The notes under the pieces: model-generated
Seen by the model: the letters and a program-made list of their open reading frames with translations, nothing else
Databases searched by the model: none
Told to the model about the DNA's origin: nothing
Made by a program: the position numbers and the translations under genes
Shown here: in pieces, positions 50,318-64,000 of the stretch
How the letters are laid out: every line of letters begins with the position of its first letter
Numbering within the stretch: position 1 is the stretch's first letter
Origin: a virus
Reading direction: 5' to 3' (one strand)
DNA length: 64,000 nucleotides
IMG/VR virus record: IMGVR_UViG_3300027861_000017
Span: 1 to 64,000 of that record

Positions 50318-50787
50318 CTCTCCTCCGCATGATGATCTACATCGCCATCGTTTAATCTCTTAGCTGTGTTTAAAAATATTGCCGCTAATTCATCCGAATA
50401 TCCGAATCTCTTTTGATTCATTAATATGCTCTTCATTATATTGCCATCCTTGTATCTAAAACTAGCTGACTTCCAATCACATATCATTTCTATTAGATCA
50501 ATTAGGTCCATGTCTTTTATACCGTTAGGGTGATATTCTGGATGGTGGCTGTTATGTTTGTTATGATGATTAGCTCCAACTCTTGTCTTCTCTATGTATT
50601 GTTCATGTTCATCAGATCCGTAAGCGTAGGGTTTATGAGTGTGTTTTTCGTATTCTTCTTTTTCGGGAGATTGTAGTTTAGTCTGATCGTGCTCCTCACC
50701 CCTAGTCATCAACTTTCTTATCACAAAATTAAGGTAGTTCCTAACTGTTTCCATGTGTCTTAAAGTCCTGAATTTAGATTCTGTCAT
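50314..50787 (-). CDS. DUF5662-like HD-type protein
   Basis: HDQTKL, HHNKHNSHHPEY, DLIEMICDW. Confidence 0.7.
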   Translation of the reverse strand: MTESKFRTLRHMETVRNYLNFVIRKLMTRGEEHDQTKLQSPEKEEYEKHTHKPYAYGSDEHEQYIEKTRVGANHHNKHNSHHPEYHPNGIKDMDLIDLIEMICDWKSASFRYKDGNIMKSILMNQKRFGYSDELAAIFLNTAKRLNDGDVDHHAEES

Positions 50788-52622
50788 ATTATCTCCTCAA
50801 GATAAATTCCACAAATGTTTTTCGACCATTTGTTTAAACCCGTTATCATCTTTTATGTTTTTTGATAGATATTTTAAAGTATCATTTCTCCAGTAAATGT
50901 AATCTCCCTTAAATTCATACTCACCAATCAAGCATCCCTTGATCATTAAAGTTTTCTCATATTCAAATGGAGATAAGGTATCGTACATTTCAAACTGACA
51001 CTTTCTACATCGGCACAATACCCTCCATCTACCTCTCCTAATACGCTGTACTTGGGAAGTGTTGCAATATACGCATCTATTCATCTTCCGTTTCACCCCA
51101 AACTGTTACGGATGCATGCTTCATAGCATCTATTAATAATAATATTAGTTCTGGATCGTCTAATTCTATAGTACCGGTGACAGCCCCACCTAAATCTTTC
51201 TGTTTAATCAATATATAATCATCGCCGTCTTCTATATCAAATGATCCATAACAATCGTTGTAGATTGTCCATTTAGTACCCACTGTATATTCTCTCATAT
51301 CCCCATCCTTAAAAATAAGTTTCTATCCAACAAACTTTCTTACCGGCCCAATTGCTATCTAATGGGGTGTCTGCCCAATCATACAAGTCTTCCATCGCAT
51401 AATTAAAGTCAACTTGTTCAGCTTCCTCATCTTCGGCCATCCTCTCAAACTCATCTACTAAATTATCTCTCAACCATATTAGATCTTCGTCTAACCCTTT
51501 GTTAATATTAGACAATCTCTTAGCAATTGTACCAGCTAACTCCTGTACTGATATCTCGTAATCGTTTGCCTTATCCCATACGTCTGATAGGTCTAATTTG
51601 TTTATCCAGTTAGCCATTACATATCACCCCTCGTACCTTATTTCTCCGTTATTATCTTCCCATTCTAATATGTGTTCATATCTTGAATTATCAGCACCAC
51701 CAACCCACGCATCACATCTTAAGCAACGATCTTCTATCCATATTTCTGGATATGGAACACCATGGTTAATATGGTAAGTAGTACTGCAACCACATTGAGG
51801 ACAAAATACATAAGGCTTTATATCTACTATTTCAGATCTATCTTCCTCATCTCTTATAATACGGACTGATTTAATTAATTCTTTTAGTTTTCTTTTATTT
51901 AGTTTTTTACCGAGTATCCTTTTCTTCAATTTTCTTGGTAATTTTTGCCCATAATGTGAATTATAATAATATTTATATTTAGCCATTTTATATTATTCCT
52001 CATAATAATCGTAACTAATCATTACTGCTTCCATCATATTCCAAACCTGCTCGCCTTCACGTATTACTTTACTCATATCGCCAAGGCTAGTGATTACATT
52101 GTTCATTGCATGATTTAGTACATGTTGTTGTATAAATTCTTTTTTAGTCATTATTTTCTCCTTTTTTGTTTTTAATATTATATTCCCATCTGGATGCCTA
52201 GCAATATCTATTTTTATATGATTGCATTCAGGGCAACTAGCCACTAATGGGTACCCTTCATATGTACCAAACTCTTTTACATATTTACATTCATTCCCAT
52301 CACCAACCCAATCGCAAGTTAAGCAATGCAATTTCATATGTTTTATTCTTTGCGACATTCTATTACCTCCTTTCCAGTTACCACCACTGATCTTTCTTTT
52401 TAATTTGGGTTGAATAGTTTCTAGTATCTGGGCCAACAGAAGTTGAATATGGCCATATATTAAAAAATTTACCAGCTTGTTTATGTGAATCTTCTATTGT
52501 CTCTGTAGCTTTAATTATTTTATCGTATAAAACCAAATCTTCTTCTGTCAAAAAATCTGGGTTTACATCTAATATAGAATTATACCATTGTCGCATTAAA
52601 TCTAGTTCATGCTTCTGAAATT

Positions 52623-53216
52623 TTACCCCTTTCGACATTCTATCCCATCCTTTTTAAATTTCTTCATAAGCTTCTTTTGTTCTGCTTCGCTATTGCATTC
52701 TACGATGATATCAAAGCATACCTCCTCGCCTTCTCCAGAACCCTCACTCCCACTATTGTCTTCTTCGTCCTTTGGTATCCAACACATTATATCTTCTATC
52801 TCATCATCATGAAATCCAGTAATACCTAAATTAACATTTTTACTATCTAAATCATTGAAAATATCTGCAAGTTTAGGATAGTCCCATTTGCCATCAATCT
52901 TATTTAGGGCTGCATTAAGTAACCTCTCATCATCATCATCTAAATCTACAACTTTACAATCAACCTTAGTAAAGCCCAATTCAATCAACACCTTGAACGT
53001 TTGGTGCCCGCCTACTATATTACCAGATCTATCATTAAAGCAAAGAACACCAACATGACCATATCTTTCTATGGAATTCTTTAGATCAATATAATCTTGA
53101 TCGTCTGGCTGTAAATCCACACGGGGATTGTATGGACTTGGGTTTATTTTATTAATGGATAATTTCTTAACCTTAGCTTTATCCATTATCTCTTTTAATT
53201 TCTCTTTAGTCTTCAT
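52623..53216 (-). CDS. ParB/Srx N-terminal domain protein
   Basis: PSPYNPR...LKNSIERYG...IVGGHQ...LNAALNKIDGKWD. Confidence 0.8.
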   Translation of the reverse strand: MKTKEKLKEIMDKAKVKKLSINKINPSPYNPRVDLQPDDQDYIDLKNSIERYGHVGVLCFNDRSGNIVGGHQTFKVLIELGFTKVDCKVVDLDDDDERLLNAALNKIDGKWDYPKLADIFNDLDSKNVNLGITGFHDDEIEDIMCWIPKDEEDNSGSEGSGEGEEVCFDIIVECNSEAEQKKLMKKFKKDGIECRKG

Positions 53217-55231
53217 ATTCCCACCTCTCGCAATTAATAACGGTACATTTAAGTTTTACTTCATCCACTATATTTGGTGGATTAGAGCACATGTCATTAA
53301 ACCAATAACTCAATCCACTAAACTCTAGAGAATGAAACTTACAAGAACTACATGCTCTATTTTTAGGATCACTAACACATTCTCTTTCATGTTCCAATAT
53401 TGCATCTTCAGACCCAGTACGATCACAAAAACCACATTTATACAAAATATGCATATTACTCCTCCAATATACATCTACATGGTTCTATTGCTATATGCAT
53501 GTCTAAAAACTCATCCACATTAACGTTATACTCCAAAGTGTCTCCACACTCAGAACAGGTCATTGTTTCTATACTAAGACTTAAAGAACTCTTAAAATAC
53601 TCTGCAATATCATTGTCAACTAAGTTATCTATATTACTAAATAATACCTCTCTTAATCCCTCTATCATTTATTCCTTCCTCCAAACAGTAACTATTGTTT
53701 TGTATTTTCTATCATATACTACTACTAATTCTACATCCCTAAACATTAATAAGTGTTGACATCTATTTGGGGATGTTCTTTTTATTGGAGTAGATATGCC
53801 CTCCTGTATTATATTAATTATCTCGTTGTATTCTTTATTGGTTATTATCCAACCTAATCTTTTAGAGAATCTTTTTTGAGCATGTAGTTTTTGACATTTA
53901 ACATAAGACCTGCATTCGCCTCTAGGGATGCTATGGTTTTTATTTCTTTTTAATCTTTTCTTTACAATACCCATCACATTACCATCCCATCTGAATACTT
54001 AGTGGCTATAGGCTTATAATCTTTCGAGGCTGTCTTATCACACTTCTTGCATCTTATCTTGAGGATGATCTCGCTATGGAAAAATCTATCATCATACCCA
54101 TCAGATTCTTGTTCGTTGTCACAATGTTCACACTTATAGATAGCTGTAAAGTCTCTTCTATGTTGCCGTATAATCTCTTTTATATACATCTTGTATTATT
54201 CCTCCCTTTCGTCATCTATTATTTCTAAATCCCATTGTGGTATATTTACATTATACTCTTCTTTATCTTTATGGCAATACACTATAATTTCTCCAGTATA
54301 TGCATTGAATATTACAATATGACCCATGCTATACTACACTCCTCCTAAATATAAACTTAACCCTCTCCCACCAGCTCATTCTCTCATAAGATACTAGAGT
54401 TTTAAAGGCTTCTCTGTATAACTCATCTAGTTGTTCTATTGTGTCTTTGTTATCGTCTATTGTAGTAGTCATATTATCGAATGTTTCGAAGGGTAGACCA
54501 ACCGCTTTTTGTGCGTCATCATTCATACTAATGACTATCTCTTCACCATCTGCGTTAGTAAATACCCTACCCTTTACCATGTCAGGAGTCATAAATACAT
54601 CTTCATATAGTATAGGATCAAAGATGTATCTGTTAGCCATGTCTCTTATTTCTTTGGAGTCTTTATCGACCTTTATGACTTGTATTTTTCGTATGAGTAT
54701 CATGATCTTAATCTGTTTATAGCATCTTCCATAGTTGGATGTTTCTCATACATTCTTCCCTCTCTTGAACTTCTCTTATGCAATAAAAGTTTCAACATGC
54801 CTGGACCACTAGGCTTTATCTCAAACCGGATCATTCTGTCATGAGCCATAATGACAGCATTAGTAAGAAGGTTAAAATCATATGTTGACCAACCATTATT
54901 GGTGCAATTAACCTCTATTCCATTAGGTCCACATTCTTTCACCTTACCGCATAGATGATGTTCTCCACCCACCAGATCGCAGATCATACCAAAACATTTA
55001 AATTGATTATCGCTCATCCAGGGATAATAATTATTTCTAATACTAACCATCCACTCATCTTTTGTTGTCATAATAAAGACCCCTTATCCACCATCTCTGT
55101 TATTGTTTGTCGCACCATATCTTCATAAAACAACCAATAGCTAACATTCTTTGCTACCCAATAAGACCCAAATATAAAAGATACTGCCAATAACAAAACC
55201 AATATAACTATTAATATCCCACCTAAATCTT

Positions 55232-55918
55232 TCATAAATAATCCTCCACGTTTACTATTGTTAAAATACCATCCTCGAACACTCCACCAGTGTCTATATA
55301 AAGCTGATTCTCGAACAATAACGGCTCGTTAGACTTTATGGGTGTATGTCCAAATATGAATAAATCTGCACCCTCTATTCGTTTAGTTTTACCCCTTATA
55401 GATGAGTGTATTCTATTCCTATCCCACATAGCGTAATGGGCATCACTGTAATCATCCTTACCCTTATCAAACTCGTATTCGTTGTATGGGTAATCTGAAT
55501 GACATACTATAATCTTCTTACCTTTGAAATGAGCCTCTATAACAACTGGATAATTAACCGCATTCTCTATCAATTCCCTGGCGTGATCTTTCTTATCTTC
55601 TGGGAGTTGATCATACCATCCACCGCCATTCCCTTCCATTATCCATGTCTGTTTAGAGAACCAATCATCCCAAAATGATCTCATAGCCAAATCTTCGTGA
55701 TTCCCTAATACAGGATGGAACCATTTCTTCTGGGCAAGTTCCATGCATTTTATGTTATCCTTGCCTCTATCAGCTAGATCACCAACAGATAACATAGTAT
55801 CTTCTGATTTCTTAAATCCGACTTCTTTTAGTTTTTCTTGGAATTCGTCGTAGCATCCGTGGAGATCGCCAACAGCAAACAATCTGCCTTTTTTACGTCT
55901 TAGTCTTTTATATATCAT
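55232..55918 (-). CDS. Ser/Thr protein phosphatase (lambda NinI/PrpA-like metallophosphoesterase)
   Basis: GDLHG, VGDLADRG, LGNHE, FGHTP, IDTG. Confidence 0.9.
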   Translation of the reverse strand: MIYKRLRRKKGRLFAVGDLHGCYDEFQEKLKEVGFKKSEDTMLSVGDLADRGKDNIKCMELAQKKWFHPVLGNHEDLAMRSFWDDWFSKQTWIMEGNGGGWYDQLPEDKKDHARELIENAVNYPVVIEAHFKGKKIIVCHSDYPYNEYEFDKGKDDYSDAHYAMWDRNRIHSSIRGKTKRIEGADLFIFGHTPIKSNEPLLFENQLYIDTGGVFEDGILTIVNVEDYL

Positions 55919-56810
55919 CTTATCTCATCCAGTATTTTATCAACAATTTCTCTAGCCTTATTATTATCATATTCATACAAAGCTTGTTTTAATTTATACA
56001 TATCTCTAATTAAAAAACCAAAGATTTCTTCATTCAATCTTTTAGAAACTATTTTTTTCATATGCGGGAGATCTTCGTCAGTACATTTTACTTCTTGGCC
56101 CCATTTAGCACCAATATAATATTCATATAATCTCTTGTCTTCATCATGATAGGGTTGATAATCTTTGCTTTCTTCAGTAAATGGTTCTACTAATTCTGTA
56201 AGTTTTGGCAATAAATGTGTGTACAAATCTGATATCAAATGAGCTTCTATATTTTTTATTAATTTATTCATGTGCTACCACTCCTCGAAATCAGTTAAAT
56301 TTATCTTCTCACCACATAAACATTCTACTACAGCACATACACCAAGACTTGTAGGTATAAACTTAAAGGCGTGTCTACCTCCTATAGCACCACCATCAGT
56401 ATCGCAATGATCTTTCCATTCTAGGTATTTATCGTATTGTTCCTTGGTTAATTCAAATATCATTGTATCACCATGTGTCACTCACGTTATGCCCACGTAT
56501 TATTTGAGGTTCCCATTCGCCATACGTCATCTCAACCCAACGCCAAGACGTTTCACCATTCTCATCATCCCCTATTCTATCTATAAAGCTATTCCTTAGC
56601 TCATCGTATTCGTCATCTGGGTATTGGCCGTAATTAGATCCATCCGGTAACATTACCACTGTAACATGCCCGTTCATTACTTCTGGAGCCACATAGAATA
56701 ATTCTGGACAATCAGTCGATTTTATAAATTTTTTTATACTTTCGACTTCTTTTTTATCACATGTAGTTGCTAATACGGCGTTGTGTTGTATAATCCCCAT
56801 ACCATCCCCC

Positions 56811-57350
56811 TTAAAGTTTCACAATCCTCAATGGCTTAGTAACACCACCGTTAAACTTACACGCTGCCTTTAACGCTGTCTTAACCCTGGCTTCTGGAGA
56901 ATCCCAATCCTCAGATGTATACATGGACCCTAAAGCATATTCATTGCCCACACCTATGGATTCATACTTCAATACACCTTCTCCTACCTGATAATCGGAA
57001 TCTATCTCAAACAACCTACTCTTATAGCCCACTAACCATCTACCACCTTCCTCTCTCCCCTTAGAATCACTACCTGCATATCCACCTTCAGTAAAACATT
57101 CCCTAACTGAATCGACAAAATCAGTTACCATATACCTCATAATACCCTTTTTACTTGATCTTTTGGGTGGTTTAAACTTATACCTTAATAATTGCCCCAT
57201 TCTAAAAGAAGATGTAAATCCCATTATAAACTCGCCATTAGTGAATACCTTACTATCCTTCCTCTCTGTTATATTATAACCTTCTACCCCTGCTGAATCA
57301 CCACCCATATACACTGTACCATTATCAACCAACCCAACTATGCAAGTCAT
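56811..57350 (-). CDS. Ntn-hydrolase proteasome/HslV-like protease
   Basis: MTCIVG (N-terminal Thr), MGGDS, KVF, SIGVGNEYALG. Confidence 0.8.
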   Translation of the reverse strand: MTCIVGLVDNGTVYMGGDSAGVEGYNITERKDSKVFTNGEFIMGFTSSFRMGQLLRYKFKPPKRSSKKGIMRYMVTDFVDSVRECFTEGGYAGSDSKGREEGGRWLVGYKSRLFEIDSDYQVGEGVLKYESIGVGNEYALGSMYTSEDWDSPEARVKTALKAACKFNGGVTKPLRIVKL

Positions 57351-57903
57351 ATTTATCCCTCATAATCTGGAAGATTGTCGAATTCCTCTTCTGTCATATA
57401 TTCCATCGTGACCCTATAGTACTCATCTAGGGTGGACCATGCATCTAACATTAATTCATATTCTGTTGGTTGGTAAAATGATTTGAGATTACTGCCACCT
57501 AAATCTAAACAATCTACTCTGTAATATGGTTTCTTCTCTTGTTTTGGAGGCTTGGAAGGCAGCATTGACCGGGCATACTCACCTTTTGGTAGCCATACAT
57601 CTTCATTTAAAATTTTTTTAGGAGGTAAATCTGGAGGATCTGGCCACGGCCCTGGTGCTTCCATTTTATCCTTAGTAGTCTCACCCCATGTGACGGGGTC
57701 ATTGAATATCCTAGATGTAGGTGGATCTCCCAATGTGCTAGTCCTGGGTTGATAGCCATCATGATTATCCCTATGCGGTATCTTAAATAAACCTTTAAAC
57801 CATTTTAAATCAAACATATTTTACCCCAATTTAGATGTTAGTATTTGATGATATACAAGAAGTATAGTTGCCCAGAATATTATGTACCCAGCTATTATAT
57901 ATT

Positions 57904-58560
57904 TCATAATCCAACCCTCATTTTAGCTATTTCTTCTACATATCCATATAAATGCAAACCATCACTAGCTGCAATCATAGGACCACATTTAACCCCTATC
58001 TCATCTGCCATATATTTCTGGAGAACAGCTATTGCTGCTAAATTTGCACTAAATGCCGTCCAAAGCTCCCAGGACCGCCATGCTAAATTGAACCGTAATT
58101 CATTGTCTATAATTTTAACAGTGATCATTCTAAGACAGGGTGGATCTTTAAGCTTAAAGTCGTTTGGTTGTGCTACTTGCAATACTGCCTGATTAGTGTT
58201 GGGGGTTTTCTTTAAAATATCAATCCAATAGTTGATCTGCTCATAAATCCTATTACCGTAGGAATAATCCTCCCCTGGCTCTACATTGTCTGTCATTATA
58301 TAGGGTAGGTATTGTTCTATATATCCACCAGCTACTGGATTTGGGATATTAAGATGAGCTGGTATTTGAGGCAGCATAGAGTCATATGGCTCCGAGTATG
58401 GCTTGTTTATTCTGATAACAATATACGGGTATTGCAACCTTGTTTCTCCTTCGTATGAACCGTGTTCTACAATATATTTTTCTCCGTTATCCCATATATT
58501 AAAGAGACATTGGAACCAAGCATCACTGATTGTTGTAGCCTCTATTGTAACCACCTTCAT
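57904..58560 (-). CDS. Thymidylate synthase/hydroxymethylase superfamily protein (short form)
   Basis: YSYGNR, DPPCL catalytic Cys, WRSWE, ANL, GLHLY. Confidence 0.8.
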   Translation of the reverse strand: MKVVTIEATTISDAWFQCLFNIWDNGEKYIVEHGSYEGETRLQYPYIVIRINKPYSEPYDSMLPQIPAHLNIPNPVAGGYIEQYLPYIMTDNVEPGEDYSYGNRIYEQINYWIDILKKTPNTNQAVLQVAQPNDFKLKDPPCLRMITVKIIDNELRFNLAWRSWELWTAFSANLAAIAVLQKYMADEIGVKCGPMIAASDGLHLYGYVEEIAKMRVGL

Positions 58561-61500
58561 ATCACTCCCCCTTCTCTTCAAAGCATTCTTGTTTATCTGT
58601 GAATTTACTGATCAAGGCACCCTCTACGCCAAACCCTTTAGACCATTTGGTAGCCTTTTTAATAACTTCAGGTGTTAAAGCTCTATGGCAATCATCACCA
58701 TGCTTGCATTCTTTGTAGAATTGGCAGAACCATTGGTCTCCATAAGATATGCACATTTATTTCATCCCCCTTAAGTATTTGATTAAGTCTATGTGTTCTT
58801 TTTGTAGCTCTATGTATTTATAGTATATGTCTATGTATTCTTTTTGTATTTTATTGGAGTAGTAGCAGAACCCTATGGGTATACAAGCTAATATGAGGAG
58901 AATTATTAATGCTCCCATATATTACTCCTCATCATCTTCAAGTCTATGTACACCGAAAAGATCATAACGAGGTGGCACAATCCTACATTCCAACCACTCT
59001 TTACGACATTTATCACATAAAACCTTCACCCACGCAGATTTATCAGTCTTGCCAGCTTCCCCACACACCTCGCAAACTTTGTAGGATTTAGTACCGTATT
59101 CAATCACTAAATTTTGTATTACATTATAAAGCTCACCTTTACTGGCCCACCTCCATATCCTATATTTCTTAAATAGCTTGCGCTCTATCTCCATTGGAAA
59201 ATGTAGAATGGCGTAGAATATTTTCCTCCAAATACCTATATCGTAAGTGTCATCTAAGTGGTAATAGATGGTCATCATACCAAACTTCTCTTTAACTTGA
59301 TCCAACACAACACAATCATACTTATCAAGCTTACCTAATAGCTCATCAAATAAATCGTACCAGCCATCATCAAAGCATATTCCCCAATACATACATGTTT
59401 CTTGTGGTGACCCATCCGCATCCCGAAATAATTTAGGATATTTTTTAATTAATTTATCTTCTAATTCTGGATTCATTTATACCTCTATCGCACCATCATT
59501 AATTGTAACCACTCGTAAACTCCAGTCTTAGTCAAAGCCCAGTATATACAATATATCCAACTAAAAAAGAAATGTAATATACACCAAAGAACAGACTTAT
59601 TAGCTATCCAAGATAGCACTACTGCTGATATGCTTCCTATCAACCCTATGTTATACCCATTATTATCACTCATCTCGTACCCTCTCCTTCCATCTCATCT
59701 AACTCTCTTTTTATTTTAGAATTAAGCCAAAATTCATCAATACATATTTGTATATCACCTAATTGTCTAGCATAGCAATTGGCTCTGGCAGCTTCCCTGT
59801 ATCCTTTTTCGACTAATTCAATCAATAATAAATTCTCAGCCTTAAGAGCTATATTGGATGCGTGTAGACCATTAATTACTTCCTTTTTCGTTGGGATCAT
59901 ACTCATTTTATTATACCTCATCTTCCGGCTCTAGCACATACCCAAACTGTTCCTGCTCTTCTTTTGAAAGGTGGTCGAAAAGATCATACATAGCTGCGAA
60001 TGGATCATCTCCTGTACCCATAGCATGGTGATATGAAGCTTTGAATGCATGGTCATTGTCGTTTGTAGCTCTTCTTGGTCTTATCTTTATCTCATTCATA
60101 TTTTTCTCCTTTGAATATATTGTCATATTTCACCTTGGTCCAAAAATATGTCTTATAAATAGTTGACACGCCAGGGGAATCGCAAGAATCTAATTCCTTT
60201 GCAGGAAATTCACTGGGACCATAGTAATAACATCCATCTATATCGTCTATAAAAATCTTTTTTTCGGCTCCTGAAAGAGTAATAAGTTCTTCAATTACAT
60301 CCATCATATTTCCTCCATATCAATGCAACTTGCTCTTATCTGGTTTAGTACCACCACCCATAGCTTCTGACATCTTAACCAACATCTCTAGCATCCTTCC
60401 AAACCCTCCCGATAGAAGGGTTACGCCTGGGAGTCCTATGGTTCTAGCCAACATAACAGCATTATATACTGTATTAAACAGATCATTGCAATATCCATCC
60501 TTAGTATACAGAGCTATTATAGCACTTAAGTTACTGGTATCTAATTTATTATCCTTATTCAATTTTCTTCTCCTTTTCTGTATCTTCTTTTATCACGAAT
60601 CCTATTTGCTTTTTGGGGCCATCAGCGTTTATCATAATAGCCATATCTTCCATCTGAGCTAGTGTTAATTGTTTGTCCTTGTAATAATTAGTACAATCTT
60701 CTATTGGATCTTGAGCACTTAATCGCATCTCAAAGTCATAGCATCTAGCTCCCATATTACCCCATATGGTTTTATAACATTGAAGCTTTTGACAATCGTA
60801 GCATATGCCCAACACATCCTTATCGAATGCCGGTTTAACTTTATCTTCACCCCATGAGCTAAAGCCTAAGCGATTAGCACCTTGCCTTATCTCTTTTCTT
60901 TCTTTTTTTATAGGGTCTTCGGAATCACTATCAAAAAAATCATCAAAAAAGCTTTCTGTTCTTTTTACCATACACCCCTCACATTATTCCAATAACTTTC
61001 AAACGCATTATATACAGCATCAATTAATTCTCTACCCCTCTCTTCTGACATAACCCAATTAGACCCATCCCATTTTATATTCGGCTCCTCTCCAGTTTCA
61101 TCATATTTAATAGTGGCATCACATAGCTCTATGTGGTGTTTCTCGCAAAGAGAAAAAGTGTGTTCATCTTCGTTGTAAAACGAATCGTCAATTTTACCTC
61201 TAAAAAGTGGTATATATACCTTTATCTTCAATAGGTTTATGGAATTTACATGGAGCATCTAGGTCATCTATCTTGCGATCTTCTATATCAGCCCAACTGT
61301 TTATATTATTATTATCTGACTTACAATAAAACAATTGATCTGTTTCACCAGTAGTAAGATCGGGTATCCATCTATAGCGCAATTTTCCACATGTATAGCA
61401 ATTATTATCTGTCATTACGCAACCCTCTTACATTGTGTCCAATGAATGTTATCATTTGATTCCACAACTGTTTGCAACCATCTATCATATTTATAATCAG

Positions 61501-62097
61501 ATTTTGTACTCCCATATGTAGCACAATTATATATCAATAATACTGGACTATTATCAGATAACTCAAAAAAATGATCTTCTTGATGTATTGATTTTAATTG
61601 TTTTATAAGATATTTAGCTTCACCATATGTACAACCCCAATTCTGGAGGAACCCGCACAGGTTGTCATAATAATCCCACGGGTCGGGGGAATGGGCGGGG
61701 GTGGCAGCGGCGGCATGCTTGGAGATGGACTCAGCGTAATCCTTGCAGGGAAGATCGGGCTTTGTTATCTCGTGGTCTTCATACCATTTAAGAAGAAGGT
61801 TAGCATCGTTTGGCTTCTTACCTCTTATATTGCAATAGTACCTTTTCTGGTTCTCTGTATACAATCCCTTGCATGTGTGGCAATTCTTTTTAGTCATCAT
61901 TCCCCTCTAGTGTGTATATGGTCTCAAATTGGCTTACCCTCATACTTGATCTAGTCCCAGTCTTCAGGTATTCATATTGTACATATCCATCTAGGATTTG
62001 GATTGTTCTGACTTTTTTTACATCAGTATTGAATGGGTCTCTATTGTTTAATATGTAAATCTTTTCAGCCTTTATCATAGTTACACCTCTAATATTT

Positions 62098-62127
62098 AAT
62101 TTACCACAATACGGTTTAATAAGTCAA
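62098..62127 (-). promoter_or_regulatory. sigma70-type promoter
   Basis: TTGACT-18-TAAATT with extended TG, just after a terminator. Confidence 0.65.
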
Positions 62128-62151
62128 TATATTTCTTATATGTAGTATAAA

Positions 62152-62175
62152 TAAAATAGGGGGCGTTTAGCCCCC
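62152..62175 (-). terminator. Intrinsic terminator
   Basis: GGGGGC-UAAAC-GCCCCC-UAUUUU. Confidence 0.7.
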
Positions 62176-64000
62176 ACACATCAAAAATATTTTCCCCACT
62201 CTCTCACACTCTCATTAGCCGTCTCTCCATCGCATTTAAGCCACTCAGGTCATCACTATATACACTCTTATATGCCGGAACTTCGACGAAGTTATCACTA
62301 AACATCTTCAAAGGCTTTGGATGAACTATATCCATCGTTGATTCCATTCTCTTTATAGCCTTCGCAGCTCTTCCCTTTGCTATGGTTCTACCCTCTTTCT
62401 TATTGGGCATGTCTAGATCACTTGCTACTGCTATCCCCCTGAAATACTCATTAGACTCATAGTTTACTATCAAGCATACCGTTATTGCCGGTCTGTTCTG
62501 TTCGTCTCTTAGATAGTAATAGTATTCCTTTATTTTTACTGACTCACTCATTGTTCTTCTCCTTCTTTATTGGTTAATGTAGTTACTCTTGCCTGTTATT
62601 GATCATCTTCATCAAAATCGTCAAAGACCCATGGCTCGTGCCCCCTATCCTTCTTTGTTATTATAGGCTTCAATACATCAGTATATCTTCCTAACCATGA
62701 TAAATAAGCAGGGAATGCTAACTCCTCTTCTCTGTCATCCATTACATTGTCACACTCTTCTGGATCAATATAGGATAAGCCTATTAACATATCTCTTAGG
62801 TGTCCTATATCACTAGAGGGTATTGTAACATCCTCTCCGTTAATGTCAAGTTTTATTTCTTTTAGTTTGATCATATCTAGGGCCATCTTCTGTGAGCTTC
62901 GTGTATCTCTTCATAACCATCGTATTCATCTATTACCCATTCAACGCCATCTGGGATATTAATTATTCTTACTTCAGCGTATTTACCATTAGATTGTTCT
63001 TCCCCAACTTTCTCTATTGCTGCTATAAGTTTTGGATAAGCACGATATCTATAATTATAATCATCCTCAATGGCAAATGATTCATTTCTTAATTTACCAT
63101 AACCGTCCCAAGGTATCCCCAACTCATTAAACAAAGCCTCACTTAAACCAAACCCACCGTAACATCTATTTATAGCTATCTTCATATCTACTCCCCCTGT
63201 GGATATTCCCCTAATCACATTCCGGCACATATAATCCACATCATCCATACGTACCAAAAAACAATGAAATTAGCCAAAGCCAATCCGCATAACCCAATAA
63301 AAATGCCTATAGCTCTTACATATTTATTCATCCCTATATTCCTCTTCAACGTCAACTCGTAGTGTGCTCCAGAATGTATATCATACACTATTTATCCATC
63401 TACTGTAGCTCATTAGACTCTTCCTTTAATAGCTTATTAACAACCCTAGTTGCCCTTAGCTTTAAAATATAATTATCTTCATTGACTTTATTTTCCAATA
63501 AAGCTTTCTTAAACCAACCGCTATAATATACTTCCCTGCTATTATATGTAAGCATTACGCTTAAACGTATCCAATCACCATCAGTCTTTATTTCTCTATA
63601 TGTGAGGTTTTCGATATCATCAGTTGTTATTGATTTTATCCTCATTCCTCCAACTCCTCAGCATCATAAAGCACGTCTGGTTCTGCGCTTATTCTGAACT
63701 TCTTACCATTAACTGTGATTACAACACTATCGTCCATAAGATAATAGTCATTCTCACAATTAGAGCGTTCTGCATACTCCAAGGCAGCATCTTCCTCATC
63801 CATTGCGTACCTCTCATATTCATCGCCATCCTCATTTATGATTGCGAATAATTTGCAATGACATTTAGTTACACGATCAAGTCTATATTTTCCACATTTA
63901 TCACATCTCCACATATTAATGATACCCCCCTTTGTAACCCAAAGCTAATGGTCCCCTATAGATTTCCTTCCCAGTGCCACCACAAGCACCACATGGCGGT

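Larger units (their letters stand above)
43905..63914 (-). other. Dense array of small, mostly uncharacterised phage ORFs
   Basis: Dozens of abutting 60-200 aa minus-strand ORFs with G-rich SD sites and overlapping stop/start codons. Confidence 0.8.

Noticed and set aside
44395-58860. Repeated plus-strand TTTATTGGAG(G) motifs
   Set aside because: Several fall in minus-strand coding sequence (e.g. P-I-K/P-P-I codons), spacing is irregular and no consistent plus-strand gene follows.
61670-61780. Local GC-rich patch
   Set aside because: It lies within an ORF encoding an Ala/Pro-rich linker; at most a mosaic segment, with no independent structure seen.
1-64000. Plus-strand ORFs in the track (e.g. 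644..910 GS-rich, 7486..7908 Ser-rich, 10215..10670 hydrophobic)
   Set aside because: They are antisense shadows of minus-strand genes and repeats, with no convincing RBS or recognisable motifs.

Overview
The window is a fragment of a large, AT-rich, HK97-fold tailed dsDNA bacteriophage genome. Essentially all credible genes lie on the minus strand, and the plus-strand ORFs look like shadows. In transcription order (high to low coordinates) there are four regions. (1) About 21 kb of small accessory ORFs (64-43 kb), including ThyA-like, Ntn protease, NinI-like phosphatase, ParB-like and NDT-like genes. (2) An HNH gene, terS and terL (43.4-40 kb). (3) A ~27 kb block separating terL from the portal. 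It holds tRNA-Leu, a radical SAM gene beside a Cys/Gly-tailed peptide, RtcB, an array of proteins sharing one C-terminal helical tag, and a dispersed but nearly complete nonulosonic-acid (legionaminic/pseudaminic-type) biosynthesis and modification pathway plus a sulfotransferase. (4) The head module: a portal fused to a MuF-like domain, prohead protease, major capsid protein, two homing-type endonucleases, Ser/Thr-rich putative decoration proteins and a CstII/Maf-fold sialyltransferase-like protein. Best candidate new system: phage-encoded synthesis of a modified sialic-acid-like sugar and its transfer onto virion proteins. Second candidate: at least 11 otherwise dissimilar proteins, most of them membrane proteins, carrying a shared C-terminal docking-like helix. 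All product calls come from motif recognition by eye; no database searches were run.
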